Below, one piece after another: positions 10,491 to 25,100 of a DNA stretch of 59,974 bases. This stretch comes from Octopus sinensis. Taxonomy: Eukaryota. The notes under the pieces were generated by a model. That model did not search any database. It was not told where the DNA came from and saw nothing but the letters and a program-made list of their open reading frames with translations. The first letter of the stretch is position 1. The number at the start of each line of letters is the position of its first letter. The translations under genes and the position numbers were made by a program. The stretch spans positions 1 through 59,974 of the forward strand of contig NW_021832553.1 of assembly GCF_006345805.1 (NCBI RefSeq), given 5' to 3'.

Positions 10491-13400
10491 TTTTGGATGT
10501 GTGAGCGTGTGTGTGCATGCATGTGTGTTTGTATATATGTATGTACACACACACAGAATTGCATCTTAAACCATGCAAATAGGATAAAGTGGACATTAAC
10601 ACACACACACGCACACACACACACACACTCACACACTCACACATATGCACACACACTCACACACTCACACACACTCCCCCACACACTCACACACTCACAC
10701 ACTCACCCCCCCACGCACACACACGTGACGAGCTTCTTCCTTTTCTTGTGTTCCAAATCCACTCAGAAGGCTTTGGTCAGCCTGGGGCTGTAGTAAATTA
10801 CACTTGCCCAAAGTACCACACAGTGGGACTGAACCTAGAACCATGTGGTTTGGAAGTGAACTACTTACGATACAATCATACCTGTTAACCTTGCTACTGC
10901 TGCTGCTGGTGATGATGATGGCGATGATGATGATATATCCCAGCAGGGTGGTGTCGTTCAAAAGTTAAAACAATGCAAAGCGTATTGTGACCAGTGATGT
11001 ATAACAACATCTGATAGTCTGCTCAATACCATGATACTGTGATATTGACAGATACATAAACGATAGGAGACAGACTGAATGTTCACCTGTTAGCATATAG
11101 TAGGAGCACTCCGTCGTTTACTACGATGAGGGTTCCGGTTGATACGATCAATGGAACAGCCTGCTCGTGAAATTAACGTGTAAGTGGCTGAGCACTCCAC
11201 AGACACGTGTACCCTTAACGTAGTTCTCGAGGAGATTCAGCGTGACACAGAGAGTGACAAGGCCAGCCCTTTGAAATACAGGTACAACAAAAACAAAGAA
11301 AGAGTGAGAGAAAGTTGTGGTGAAAGAGTACAGAAGGGATCACCACCATCCCCTGGAGGAGCCTTGTGAAGCTTTAGATGTTTTCGCTCAATAAACACTC
11401 ACAATGCCCGGTCTGGGAATCGAAACCGCGATCCTACGACCGCGAGTCCGCTGCCCTAACCACTGGGCCATTGCGCCTCCACTGTTAGCATATAACAAAT
11501 CTTCATCCAGACCTGATCTCAATGTGATGATGATGTTGGTTGTGATGATGAGGATGAGGATGATGAATACGATGATGATGGTGATGATGGTGATGATGAC
11601 TAGTGTATCCCCTTCTCAAACGATCCAAAATTTAATCACACACAGCAATTAAATCCATAACACGTCCATTTTTTCCATCTCTTTTTTCTTTTTGAGCTAT
11701 ACTTGCCATCTCAATATGGCTAACCACTAAGGGTGGGTGTTACTGTAGCTTGTAGCCCCAGGAGAACATCATCTCCCGCTTGCATACAGTTTTTTGAGAT
11801 CAGTGAAGAAAAGTTACTGGAAAAACAATATAAGGATTTGCATTTGGACCTCCTTTCATCGAAAACCGGTGATTGTCATACGCCGACGACAGTTCAATAC
11901 CTAGAAACTGCAGTCTGTGCGTATCACTTAGGTTGACGAGGGAAGGATGACCTCCCTTTGCAAATACCATAAGAGCACAGAAAGTGTGCCTAAAGCCAGC
12001 TGGAGACGATGTTCTCCTGGGGCTACAAGCTACAGTAACACCCACCCTTAGTGGTTAGCCATATTGAGATGGCAAGTATTACCATGCTGGAGCACCGCCT
12101 TTAGTCGAGCAAATCGACCCCGGGACTTATTCTTTGTAAGCCCAGTACTTATTCTATCGGTCTCTTTTGCCGAACCGCTAAGTGACGGGGACGTAAACAC
12201 ACCAACATCGGTTGTCAAGCAATGCTAGAGGGACAAACACAAACTCACAAACATATACACACACATACATATATATATATACATATATACGACAGGCTTC
12301 TTTCAGTTTCTGTCTACCAAATCCACTCACAAGGCATTGGTCGTCCCGAGGCTATAGCAGAAGACACTTGCCCAAGATGCCACGCAGTGGGACTGAACCC
12401 AGAACCATGTGGCTGGTTAGCAAGCTACTTACCACACAGCCACTCCTGCGCCTATACCTCACATTTTTTCTTTTTGTTTTCTTTTGTTTATTTTCTTCTT
12501 TTTTGTTTCAGTAATCGAGAACATCAACAATTGGACTGGGTCGGAATTCACAGGTATCTCTGCAAGAGCCTCATCTACCTCTATAATCCGCCGACAAGAA
12601 GCATCAGGAAGCTGCAACAACAAGCACTTGAACGGAGCATCTTCAACACTAAAGTAAAACAATTAATTATCTCAGTTTAATTAGCGTTCTTTCATCTTTC
12701 GGATCTTTTTTGTTTGTCTGCCACAATTCAGTTTCTTCAATTTCTCTTCCAATTGATTTCCATATTTGGTGTATTGGTGTAGTTTTGTATAGTAATCATC
12801 ACCACCAGCACCAGCACCAGCACCAGCTCCACCACTATCATCACCACCACCACCGCCGCCACCGCCACCGCCACTCCTGCCGCCACCACCACCACCACCA
12901 CCAGCACCACCTCCACCACCATCATCACCTCCACCACCATCATCACCTGCCGCCACCATCATCTACATCCATCTTCCATGCATGCATGGCTAGGACGGTT
13001 GACAGGAGCTAGCCAGGTAGAAGACTACCCCAGGCTACTGTGTCTGATTTGGCAGGGTTTTTATGGCTGGGTGCCCTTCCTAGAACCAACCACTCTGCAG
13101 AGGTGGACAGTGCACTTTTTAGGTGGGACTAGCACAGGTGAGGTCAGTTTTGGCATGATTTTTACAGCTGGATGCCCTTCCAAATGCCAACCACTTTACA
13201 GTGTGGACGTGATGCTTTTTCTACATGGCACCAGAAATGGCAGGATCTCCAAGCTTCGCCATAAATCAATAAACTAAGAATTGCAAATTTTGGGTAATTT
13301 TAGCCAATCATGCCTGTTACCAAGCTACGTATCATGTGTTCTTTTTGTCGGATATTAAATGCTTAAAACACATGCGGTATGAGATGTGCTAAAAATAGCA

Positions 13401-16400
13401 GCTAAATTTTTTTTGAAGCACTCCGTCGGTTACAACAACGAGGGTTCCAGTTGATCCAAATCAACGGAACAGCCTGCTCGTGCAATTAACGTGTAAGTGG
13501 CTGAGCACTCCACAGACACGTGCACCCTTAACGTAGTTCTCGGGGATATTCAGCGTGACACAGAGAGTGACAAGGCCGGCCCTTTGAAATACAGGTACAA
13601 CAGAAACAGGAAGTAAGAGTGAGAGAAAGTTGTGGTGAAAGAGAACAGCAGGAATCACCACCATCCCCTGCCGGAGCCTCGTGGAGCTTTAGGTGTTTTC
13701 GCTCAATAAACATTCACAACGCCATTTTTCTAAATAAGTCTTCAATCATGCATGGAAACCGTTTTTTTTTGTGGTGGGGAGCATAATTGTAAGAATTCCC
13801 GTGTGTAGAATACAAATTTCTCAAAAAGGGATCTTTTTGGTTTGAACGGCAGTTTTTTCTAGCGGTGTCATATGAAACTGTCACCCATAATTATGACCCT
13901 AGTATCGATCTATTGCATTTCAATCTGTTTTAGGGTTAGAGTTAGGGGTGGGGGGAAGGTATCTTTTTTTCTTCAGAAATGTAAATAAACCCAATCTGTT
14001 TCTTAAACGAGGGACATATTCATACGGCACAAAATGTTTTCAACTCTATAGACATCATTGATTGGTTGAAATTGCAGAAATTGAAGAAAAATGACAACAA
14101 ATATCTTACAAACTATAGAATTTTCTCAATAAAGCCAAGAGAAAAAGATGTTTTATAAACACATTCTACCAGTATACGAAGTTTAAAAGTGTTTTGTTAT
14201 GTGGAAATTATTTTAAAAAACTGCCGTTCAAACCAAAAAGATCTGCAAAAAGTTTCAGAAAATTTCAGGAAATAAAAAAGATTGGATCTTTTCCGTTTGA
14301 CTGCCAAGGTTTCAAAGATTAGACTTTATTGAAAATTTTAAAATTTGGCACATTTTGCTGGGGTTATTTCACTTTTTCCAGAAAAGTTTTTTAAAATGTT
14401 GATCATTTTCACTCAGTCAGGAAACAGGATTTGAAAGCCGTCATTTTGTGCACGACAGCATATTTTTGTCAAGGTCCTGAAATTAGCACGTGTTGTCAAT
14501 ATCTGTATTCTTCACACGAAAAATGAGCAAACAACACGTCTTTTGTACTTTTAAGCATTCAATATGCATTTAACGAGATAAACAACACATTACAAATTAA
14601 GTAATTAAAAAAAAACAAACATTTGAGCATTCGATATGCATTTCGGAGAGTAAAGAAAATAGTCTAATAATGGATCATATAAGCCCTCAATGGCAAAAAG
14701 CTAGGTTCTCCCATCCTATGCATACAGAAAACCTTTTTTTTTTTTCCATCGAGGGCTCATATGCCTCATTATTAACCCTTTAGTGTTCAGATTATTCTGT
14801 CAAATGTGATGTTTGTTTATTTAAAATGGTTTGAATTAATCACGCATTATCTTGTAGTTTAGAGATTTCAGTGATGTGATTTTTTAGTTTTAGAATGACA
14901 TGGTAGGGCTGAGGTGAGAGGCGGGAGCTGGTCAGTTTCAATATAAAACAGGTTAAATATTTTGGCCAGATATGGCCGGTTTGAATGTTAAAGGGTTAAA
15001 GTATTTTCTTTACTACCACCACTACCACCATGACCACCACCACCACCACTACCACCATGACCACCACCACTACCACTACCACCATGACCACCACCACTAC
15101 CACCATGACCACCACCACCACCACTACCACTACCACCACAACCATCACCACTACCACCATGACCACCACCACCACCACCACTACCACCATGACCACCACA
15201 ACCATGACCACTACCACCATGACCACCACAACCATCACCACTACCACCATGATCACCACCACCACTACCACCATGACCACCACCACCACCACCACTACCA
15301 CTACGACCACCATGACCACCACCACCACCACCACTACCACTACCACCATGACCACCACCACCATCACCACTACCACCATGACCACCACTACCACTACGAC
15401 CACCATGACCACCACCACCATCACCACTACCACCACCACCATGGCGATAATATCAATAGTTCTTCTGTATTTGTTGACAGCTCGATCTGATAAACATGTG
15501 TCTCTTGCATGGACACCGACATCTGTTTGAAGGCAATTACAAGCTTATTATTCCACCGGCCCTTCAATGTCTACGTCTCTACAAAATGTTATACAAGGCC
15601 GAAGGCGTAGAGTGGCTCCCGGCTTATTTACTTCTCGCCGAATGTTTGCTCGGTAAGGACAAGCCCCGCTTTCTTTTTTGCAATTACCTCGTTACAAACG
15701 ATGATCTTCTTTTATTTCTTTCACTCTTTCGACTGTAGCCATGCTGGAGCACTGCCTTCAATGGGTTTTAGCTGAATACATCAATCCACGGGACTTATGT
15801 TTTTTTTGAAAGCCTGACACCTATTCTATCAGTGTCTTTTGCCGAACGGACAAGTTACGGGGATGTAAACATACCAACACCGGTTGTCAAGTGGTGATGG
15901 GGAGACAGACACAGACACAGAGACATACACACACACACACACATACGACGGGCTTCTTTCAGTTTCTGTCTATCAAATCCACTCACAAGGCTTTGGTCAG
16001 CCCAAGGCTATAGTAGAAGACATTTACCCATGCAGTGAGACTGAACCTGGAACCATGTGGTTGGGAGATTAATACGATAAGAGTTGCGAAGGTGCGTGGC
16101 TTAGTGGTTAGGGTAATTGACTTGTCAGGTCATGAGTTTAAATTCCTGGTGGCACGTCTTGTCCTTGAGCAAGACTCTTTATTTCCCATTGCTGCAGTTT
16201 GCTCAACTGGCAAAAATGAGTTGTCCCAGTATTTGAGAAGGATCAGCCTTGTCACATTGCGTGTCATACTGACTGTCCCCGAAAGAACTACTTCAAGGGT
16301 TTGCGTGTCTGTGAAGTACTCAGCTGCTGTCACGTTAATTTCATGAGTAGGCTGTTCCAGTGATCGGATTGCCTGGAATCCGCATCATCACATAGGCGCA

Positions 16401-18698
16401 GGAGTGGCTGTGTGGTAAGTAGCTTGCTAACCAACCACATAGTTCCGGGTTCAGTCCCACTGCGTGGCATCTTGGGCAAGTGTCTTCTGCTATAGACCCG
16501 GGCCGACCAATGCCTTGTGAGTGGATTTGGTAGACAGAAACTGAAAGAAGCCTGTTGTATATATGTATATATATATATATATGTGTATGTGTGTGTGTTT
16601 GTCCCCCTTGCATTGCTTGACAACCGATGCTGGTGTGCTTACGTCCCCATCACTTAGCGGTTCGGCATTAGAGACCGATAGAATAAGTACTGGGCTGATA
16701 AAGAATAAGTCCCGGGGTCGATCTCCTCGACTAAAGGTGGTGCTCCAGCATGGCCGCAGTCAAATGACTGAAACAAGTAAAAGAGTAAAGAGAGAGTATC
16801 ACAACCGACGGAGGACCAGTTAGTAATATTTCTGAGATAAGGAATTTTTATATTATGTATTAGTCTAAACAGTGTCCTCATCTTGGTTGTGGCTTTTCTC
16901 TACGTTTTGGCTGTTGTATGCCCCAGCCTTCTTCAGGTGTCTTGTGAACCACCCTTGGGCCTTGCCAGATGTTTTGGCGGGTAAAGAATAAGTTGATTAC
17001 ATTGATTCCAGTGCTTGACTGGTACCTATTTCATTGACCTCGAGGATGAAAACCAAAATCGAACTTGGCAGAATTTGAACTCAGAACGTGAAGATAGGTG
17101 GAGGCAGTTGACTTTATCTTAAGCACCAAGGTCGATGTAATTGACTATAACCCTTTCCTAAAGGTTTTGTGTTTATAGAAGAATTGATTATTATTGACAG
17201 GCTGCTAGCAGAACTGTTGGAGCATCAGAATGTTGCTTTGCAGAATTCCTTCCAATTTTTTTACCTGCCAAGTTCAAATAATGCTGAAGTCAACTTTCTT
17301 TACCAATTTTTGGTAGCCATCTTGAACTTCTTGCACTTCCTCAGCCCAACAATCTAGGTTTATGTAAGGAGCCTTTAAAACTTCAAGTTGTATGGGGCCA
17401 GATCAAATTTGTTATATTTAATTTTAACGGTAATAGATGTTTCCCTTTTGATAATTGGTATTCATTTTCAGAATTTTGTATAAGCACCAAAGAAAAAAAA
17501 ATTGATGAAATTTAAATTATAATTATATATGCACATAATTCCTGCTATTACCCTCAGGGAATAAAGTATGTTTCCAAATTTACCCATCATAAGATAAATA
17601 TCATTCCAGTTTCTCAAACAGTGGGTTATATACAAACACTTGGTGCTACTTTGGCATGTGCTCTACAACTTCAAGAGTGATTACTTAAAATCTTTAATTG
17701 TTTCAGCTTCACAGCTGTGGTCATGCTGGGGCACCACCGTTGTAATTTTAGTTTACATTTTAGTTTTTAAAAATCCTTAAGATTTTTACAATGTGATCAG
17801 CGATGAGACGATGGCAGATGCATTTTTATGAAGAAATAGCCTTTTATATGATGAACAAAATGTTGCACCTTGTTGGAGAAATGAAGGAAGCTCAAAGCAA
17901 AGGGAAAACGGTGAAATTTTGCCAATTTTATGTTGCAAAACTCGTGACTATCAAAGTTGTGTGATCTCTCTTTTACTCTTTTACTTGTTTCAGTCATTTG
18001 ACTGCGGCCATGCTGGAGCACCACCTTTAGTCAAGCAAATCGACCCCGGGACTTATTCTTTGTAAGCCCAGTACTTATTCTATCGATCTCTTTTGTCGAA
18101 CTGCTAAGTGACGGGGACGTAAACACACCAGCATCGGTTGTCAAGCAATGCTATGGGGACAAACACAGACACACAAACATACACACACACACTTATATAT
18201 ATATACATATATACGACAGGCTTCTTTCAGTTTCTGTCTACCAAATCCACTCACAAGGCATTGGTCGGCCCGGGGCTATAGCAGAAGACACTTGCCCAAG
18301 ATGCCACGTAGTGGGACTGAACCCCGAACCATGTGGTTGGTTAGCAAGCTACTTACCACACAGCCACTCCTGCGCTTATCTACGAGCTTATTTTAATTAT
18401 TTCATTGTTTTTCTTGGTTCCTTATTATTATTTACTAAGACATAAATGAAACCTGGTTTTATCATTATTAAAATAGTAAGAATGACAAAGATGTACTTGC
18501 ATAGCAAGTGACCTGATCTGAGATCATGTGCTGAAACAAAAAGAATTGCAGTGTGGAAGGTGTTTATAAGCCATTCAAGAACACACAAAGTAGATAACAT
18601 TTAAATTTAATTTGCCAAAATATTTTCATCGCTTTGAGACTGAGACCTGTTCACTGACAAAATTCTGTGCTGCATCTGAGAAAGTAACAGTTAGTTCA

Positions 18699-18733
<35 letters not shown>

Positions 18734-18996
18734 AGAAAAAAGCAACAAGAATGGATTAGTTGTTCAGTACAATTGTTTCATACGAAGAACAGCTTTATTA
18801 AAAGCTGCAAATATTGCAGCAAATTCAAGTGTCTCGTATTCATCAGCTAAAACGCATATGAGTTTTCCAAACATCCTAGGGGGTGAGGCTACACTCATGA
18901 AGTATTGAAGAGAGTTCTATAAAAAGCAAAGTTTGATTGTAAGCAGACTTCAAAAGTTCTCTAATGATGCACAGTTTTATAAAAGGTTTTTAAAAA

Positions 18997-19031
<35 letters not shown>

Positions 19032-22000
19032 GTAAGAACTTTGAGAAAATACACTAAAAATGAACTAAGAAGTAATCTAGAGTAATCGCCCTTGAAGTTG
19101 TAGATCACATGCCAAAATAGCACTCAAACATTAATTAGCCTTTGTATGGCAAAAGTTATACATCCACTGACGAATGCTCAGAAATTAGAAACACTTGGAA
19201 AATGTCTTCCTTAGTTGCTCTGCCAGAAAATTCTTATCTACTTGAGGCACAAGGTCTGAAATTCTAGAGGAGGGACCCAGTCGATTAGATCAGTCCCAGT
19301 AACTGGCACTTAATTTATCGACCCCAAAAGGATGAAAGGTAAAGTCGACTTCGGTGGAATTTGAACTCAGAACGTAAAGACATGAAATACCGCTAAGCAT
19401 TTCGCCTGGCATGCTTACGTTTCTGCCATCTCGCCACCTTGCTCTGCCAGAAAATTAGGTCAGCTAACTCTTAAAATTTTTAAAACTCTGACCACTATAT
19501 TCATCTCCAACTGCAGTTTATTTCTGATGCAGAAAACCACTGGAAATGATGAAACATGCCATTTTGCTTTCGTTTATCATATGAAATATTATAGAGTTTA
19601 GGTGTTGTTGCTGTTGATATTGCTGTCTGTTGTTATTAATGTTGTTGTTGTTGTTGTTGTTGTTGACAGGCTTGGGTAAGACAAACGAGGCGGCAAACTA
19701 TTTGTCTCTGATTAATTGGTTTGAGACAAAGAACAAGGTGACTGGCATCAAATGTAACCACATGGTGAAGAGGACGATGGCCAAGCTGTCTATGGTCAGA
19801 GAAAACTACCTACAAGCCCTGGATGAACTAGCTGAAGATGTGAGTAATAGTAGTAGCGGTAGTAGTAGTAGAACCCAATCACATGGTTCCAGGTTCAATC
19901 CCATTATGTGGAACCATGGGCAAGTGTCTTCTACTATAGCCTCAGGCTGATCCTTGAGAGTGCATTTGGTCAATGGAAACTAGAAGCCCATCGTGTGTAT
20001 GTGTATGTGTTAGTGCCCAACAACTGCTTGATAACCGGTGTTGGTGTGTTTACGTCTCCATAACTTTGTGATGGTGGTAGTAGTAGTAGTAGTAGTAGTG
20101 GTGTTGGTGGTGGTGGTGGTGGTGGTGGTAGTAGATTAACAAACACATAGATTGGACCAGATTTATAGCTTATTTTTTAATATACAAAGTGTGACATAAC
20201 AAATAGGTGATGTAACAATATATATATTTGTATGTATGTATAAATAAATATAAAATACATCAAGTACAAGACATCACCAACGAATGCAAAATACATAAAC
20301 ACATAATGAGAGACAAGTACGGGACAAAATACCAAAAGAAGTCTGACCCTTTCTCAGTTGTTGACTTTTAATTACTCCCTATTTCGAGTGGTCAACGACA
20401 AGATAGGAAATCTTCGTAGAACAGTAGCATCCAGAAATTTTTAAAATATAAAATTTGTGAACAAACAAACAATGACAGAGTGGACATATAGAGTAAACAA
20501 TCGCCGAAGAAAAACATTAAGGGCCGTTAGCTCAAGATGCATTTGAATAGGTAAAGCCTGGGAGAAATTTGAAAGGATATAGAATAAACATATATATATA
20601 TATTTATATATATAAACAACTTATATACAAGCGCAAAATAAAAAAATTCTAATGCCAAATATGCCGTAAATAGACAAATCGTCAATAACCATATAATTTA
20701 TCACTATAAGCATGCATCTCGAAGTAAGCCGACAGAAATTTCTAAAAAATTCTGTTATTATCGTATCGGTACCAATTTCAGAGTTAATTCATAAGAATTT
20801 TCTCGTCAGCGATAAATACGGTAAGAAATAAGTGAAATACTTACTTACACCCATGGGTATTTTTTAGAAATTTCTGTCGGCTTACTTCGAGACGTGTGCT
20901 TATAGTGATAAATTATATGGTTATTGACATTTTGTCTATTTTCGGCATATTTGGCATTAGATTTTTTTTATTTTGCCCTTGTTTATAAGTTGTTTATAAA
21001 TTTAACCTTTGAAGGTATTTTTTAGTATGCTGGCCATTGATAGAAATTTTTTTCGAAAAATTTTATCCTATATTAGATATACATACATACATACATACGA
21101 CAGGCTTCTTTTCAGTTTCCATCTACCAAATCCACTCACAAGGCTTTGGTTGGCCTGAGGCTATGGCAGAAGTTATACAGTGGGACTGAACCCATGACCC
21201 TGGGGTTGGGAAGTAAGCTTCTTAGCACAGCCATGCCTGGAAAGAAATCACCATCATCATCATCATCATCATTGACTGGTTGAGCATGGGTGGGGGTGGG
21301 GGTCGATGTAATTGACTTATCCCTACCCCCTAAATTTGCTGGCTTTGTGCCAAAATTTGAAAGCAGATTTATTTTGATTATTATTGTCTTTTATACATTT
21401 AAATTTGTATTTAATAATTCTGTTATTATCGTATCGGTACCAATATCAGAGTTAATTCATAAGAATTTTCTCCTCGTCAGCGATAAATACGGTAAGAAAT
21501 AAATGAAATACTTACTTATACCACAAGGTGGATAAGGTGATTGATAGACGTATTTTATTTTGATTTTTTTCTTTGTATTTTTGAAGTGATAAAAGATAAA
21601 AGAACGGAATTCATGACCCACTTGGAATTGAACCAAGAACTGTTATCTTTCGGAACTAGAGACTGTAAAGTAGCAACACTGTGTTCTTGCTACCTTCCCT
21701 ACCATTCTTAGAAAACAATAAATGAATTTATTGATTTAAAGACATTTATGACAAAAAAAGGGATGAATTTCTGGTTGTTTTTGATTTTTCCAGATATATT
21801 TGGCATCAGAGAAATATGGAACTCTCGATATTCAGACTTCTGGAGGATATTTCAACATGGCCAACGTCTATTTCTTCTTGGGACGAGAAGAAGTGACAAA
21901 TTCTTTATACAAAAAGGTAAAGGTTTATATGATCTAAGAACACAGCCAAAAAGTCTGCAATAGTACCATTGATTTCAGTCATGAATGACCATGGGATTGC

Positions 22001-22108
22001 ATCGCGGAAGCTCCCCTCCAAAGAGCAAGTGCGGGGAAGGTTGTTCATGGAAGACCAGCAGTCACCCATGCATACCAACCTGTCCTCTCCGTTCCACCAA
22101 TGTTATCC

Positions 22109-22156
<48 letters not shown>

Positions 22157-25100
22157 AAATATTGAATTTCTAAATCTCTCGTAGAGACATGTACGGTGGT
22201 GGGGCGATAGAATGGTTGTATACTGTCAATCTAACAAGAACGTGACAGTAGGGGGTACACCACCGCTGCATAGCCCTAGGAAGCATCGAACGCCTCCTGA
22301 TGGCTTTGACACATTTTTCCTGTGTCCTTATATACATATACGAAGGGGAGACAAACACCCCCGGCTGCCGAAACTGCATCTAGGGACACGTGTTTCAGGA
22401 TCTACATATATATATATATGTATGTATGTATGTAAAGACCTCCTTCGGTCATGAATGACCGTGGTATTGCACCCAGAAAGTTCCCCTCCCAGGCACAAGT
22501 CCAAACAAGGTTGTTGATGGAAGACCAGCAGTCGCCCATGCATACCAAACTCTCCTCTCCATGCCTCCAATGTTATCCAAGGGATATTATATATGTATGT
22601 ATGTATGTATGTAAAGACCTCCTTCGGTCCTGAATGACCATGGGATTGCACCCAGAAAGTTCCCCTCCAAGGCACAAGTCCAAACAAGGTTGTTGATGGA
22701 AGACCAGCAGTCGCCCATGCATACCAACCTCTCCTCTCCATGCCTCCAATGTTATCCAAGGGATATATATATATATGTATGTATGTATGTAAAGACCTCC
22801 TTCGGTCATGAATGACCATGGTATTGCACCCAGAAAGTTCCCGTCCCAGGCACAAGTCCAAACAAGGTTGTTGATGGAAGACCAGCAGTCGCCCATGCAT
22901 ACCAACCTCTCCTCTCCATGCCTCCAATGTTATCCAAGGGATATATATATATATGTATGTATGTATGTAAAGACCTCCTTCGGTCATGAATGACCATGGT
23001 ATTGCACCCAGAAAGTTCCCCTCCCAGGCACAAGTCCAAACAGGTTGTTCATGGAAGACCAGCAGTCGCCCATGCATACCAACCTCTCCTCTCCATGCCT
23101 CCAATGTTATCCAAGGGATATATTATATATGTATGTATGTATGTAAAGACCTCCTTCGGACCTGAATGACCATGGGATTGCACCCAGAAAGTTCCCCTCC
23201 AAGGCACAAGTCCAAACAAGGTGTTGATGGAAGACCAGCAGTCGCCCATGCATACCAAACTCTCCTCTCCATGCCTCCAATGTTATCCAGGGATATATAT
23301 ATATATATGTATGTATGTATGTATGTAAAGACCTCCTTCGGACCTGAATGACCATGGGATTGCACCCAGAAAGTTCCCCTCCCAGGCACAAGTCCAAACA
23401 AGGTTGTTGATGGAAGACCAGCAGTCGCCCATGCATACCAAACTCTCCTCTCCATGCCTCCAATGTTATCCAAGGGATATATATATATATATGTATGTAT
23501 GTATGTATGTAAAGACCTCCTTCGGTCCTGAATGACCATGGGATTGCACCAGAAAGTTCCCCTCCAAGGCACAAGTCCAAACAAGGTTGTTGATGGAAGA
23601 CCAGCAGTCGCCCATGCATACCAACCTCTCCTCTCCATGCCTCCAATGTTATCCAAGGGATATATATATATATATGTATGTATGTATGTATGTAAAGACC
23701 TCCTTCGGACCTGAATGACCATGGGATTGCACCCAGAAAGTTCCCCTCCAAGGCACAAGTCCAAACATTGTTGTTGATGGAAGACCAGCAGTCGCCCATG
23801 CATACCAACCTCTCCTCTCCATGCCTCCAATGTTATCCAAGGGATATATATATATATGTATGTATGGATGTAAAGACCTCCTTCGGTCCTGAATGACCAT
23901 GGGATTGCACCCAGAAAGTTCCCCTCCCAGGCACAAGTCCAAACAAGGTTGTTGATGGAAGACCAGCAGTCGCCCATGCATACAACCTCTCCTCTCCATG
24001 CCTCCAATGTTATCCAAGGGATATATAATATATGTATGTATGGATGTAAAGACCTCCTTCGGTCCTGAATGACCATGGGATTGCACCCAGAAAGTTCCCC
24101 TCCCAGGCACAAGTCCAACAAGGTTGTTGATGGAAGACCAGCAGTCGCCCATGCATACCAACCTCTCCTCTCCATGCCTCCAATGTTATCCAAGGGATAT
24201 ATATATATATGTATGTATGGATGTAAGACCTCCTTCGGTCCTGAATGACCATGGGATTGCACCCAGAAAGTTCCCCTCCCAGGCACAAGTCCAAACAAGG
24301 TTGTTGATGGAAGACCAGCAGTCGCCCATGCATACCAACCTCTCCTCTCCATGCCTCCAATGTTATCCAAGGGATATATATATATGTATGTATGGATGTA
24401 AAGACCTCCTTCGGTCCTGAATGACCATGGGATTGCACCCAGAAAGTTCCCCCCCAGGCACAAGTCCAAACAAGGTTGTTGATGGAAGACCAGCAGTCGC
24501 CCATGCATACCAACCTCTCCTCTCCATGCCTCCAATGTTATCAAGGGATATATATATATATATATGGATGTAAAGACCTCCTTCGGTCCTGAATGACCAT
24601 GGGATTGCACCCAGAAAGTTCCCCTCCCAGGCACAAGTCCAAACAAGGTTGTTGATGGAAGACCAGCAGTCGCCCATGCATACCAGCCTCTCCTCTCCAT
24701 GCCTCCAATGTTATCCAAGGGATATATATATATATATGTATGTATGTATGTAAAGACCTCCTTCGGTCCTGAATGACCATGGGATTGCACCCAGAAAGTT
24801 CCCCTCCCAGGCACAAGTCCAAACAAGGTTGTTGATGGAAGACCAGCAGTCGCCCATGCATACCAACCTCTCCTCTCCATGCCTCCAATGTTATCCAAGG
24901 GATATATATATATGTATGTATGCATGTAAAGACCTCCTTCGGTCCTGAATGACCATGGTATTGCACCCAGAAAGTTCCCCTCCCAGGCACAAGTCCAAAC
25001 AAGGTTGTTGATGGAAGACCAGCAGTCGCCCATGCATACCAACCTCTCCTCTCCATGCCTCCAATGTTATCCAAGGGATATATATATATATATATGTGTG

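Noticed and set aside
11400-11483. tRNA-like sequences with A/B boxes (also at 16393, 39445 and 48554)
   Set aside because: They continue into shared repeat bodies and lack a full cloverleaf, so they are SINE heads rather than tRNA genes.
22620-22670. Hammerhead/retrozyme reading of the satellite monomer (ctgaatga...tggg-attgca-ccca-gaaa)
   Set aside because: The core is CUGAAUGA with three extra bases before stem II, there is no stem III/UH or stem I, and other units read catgaatga as part of a ggtca/tgacc hairpin.
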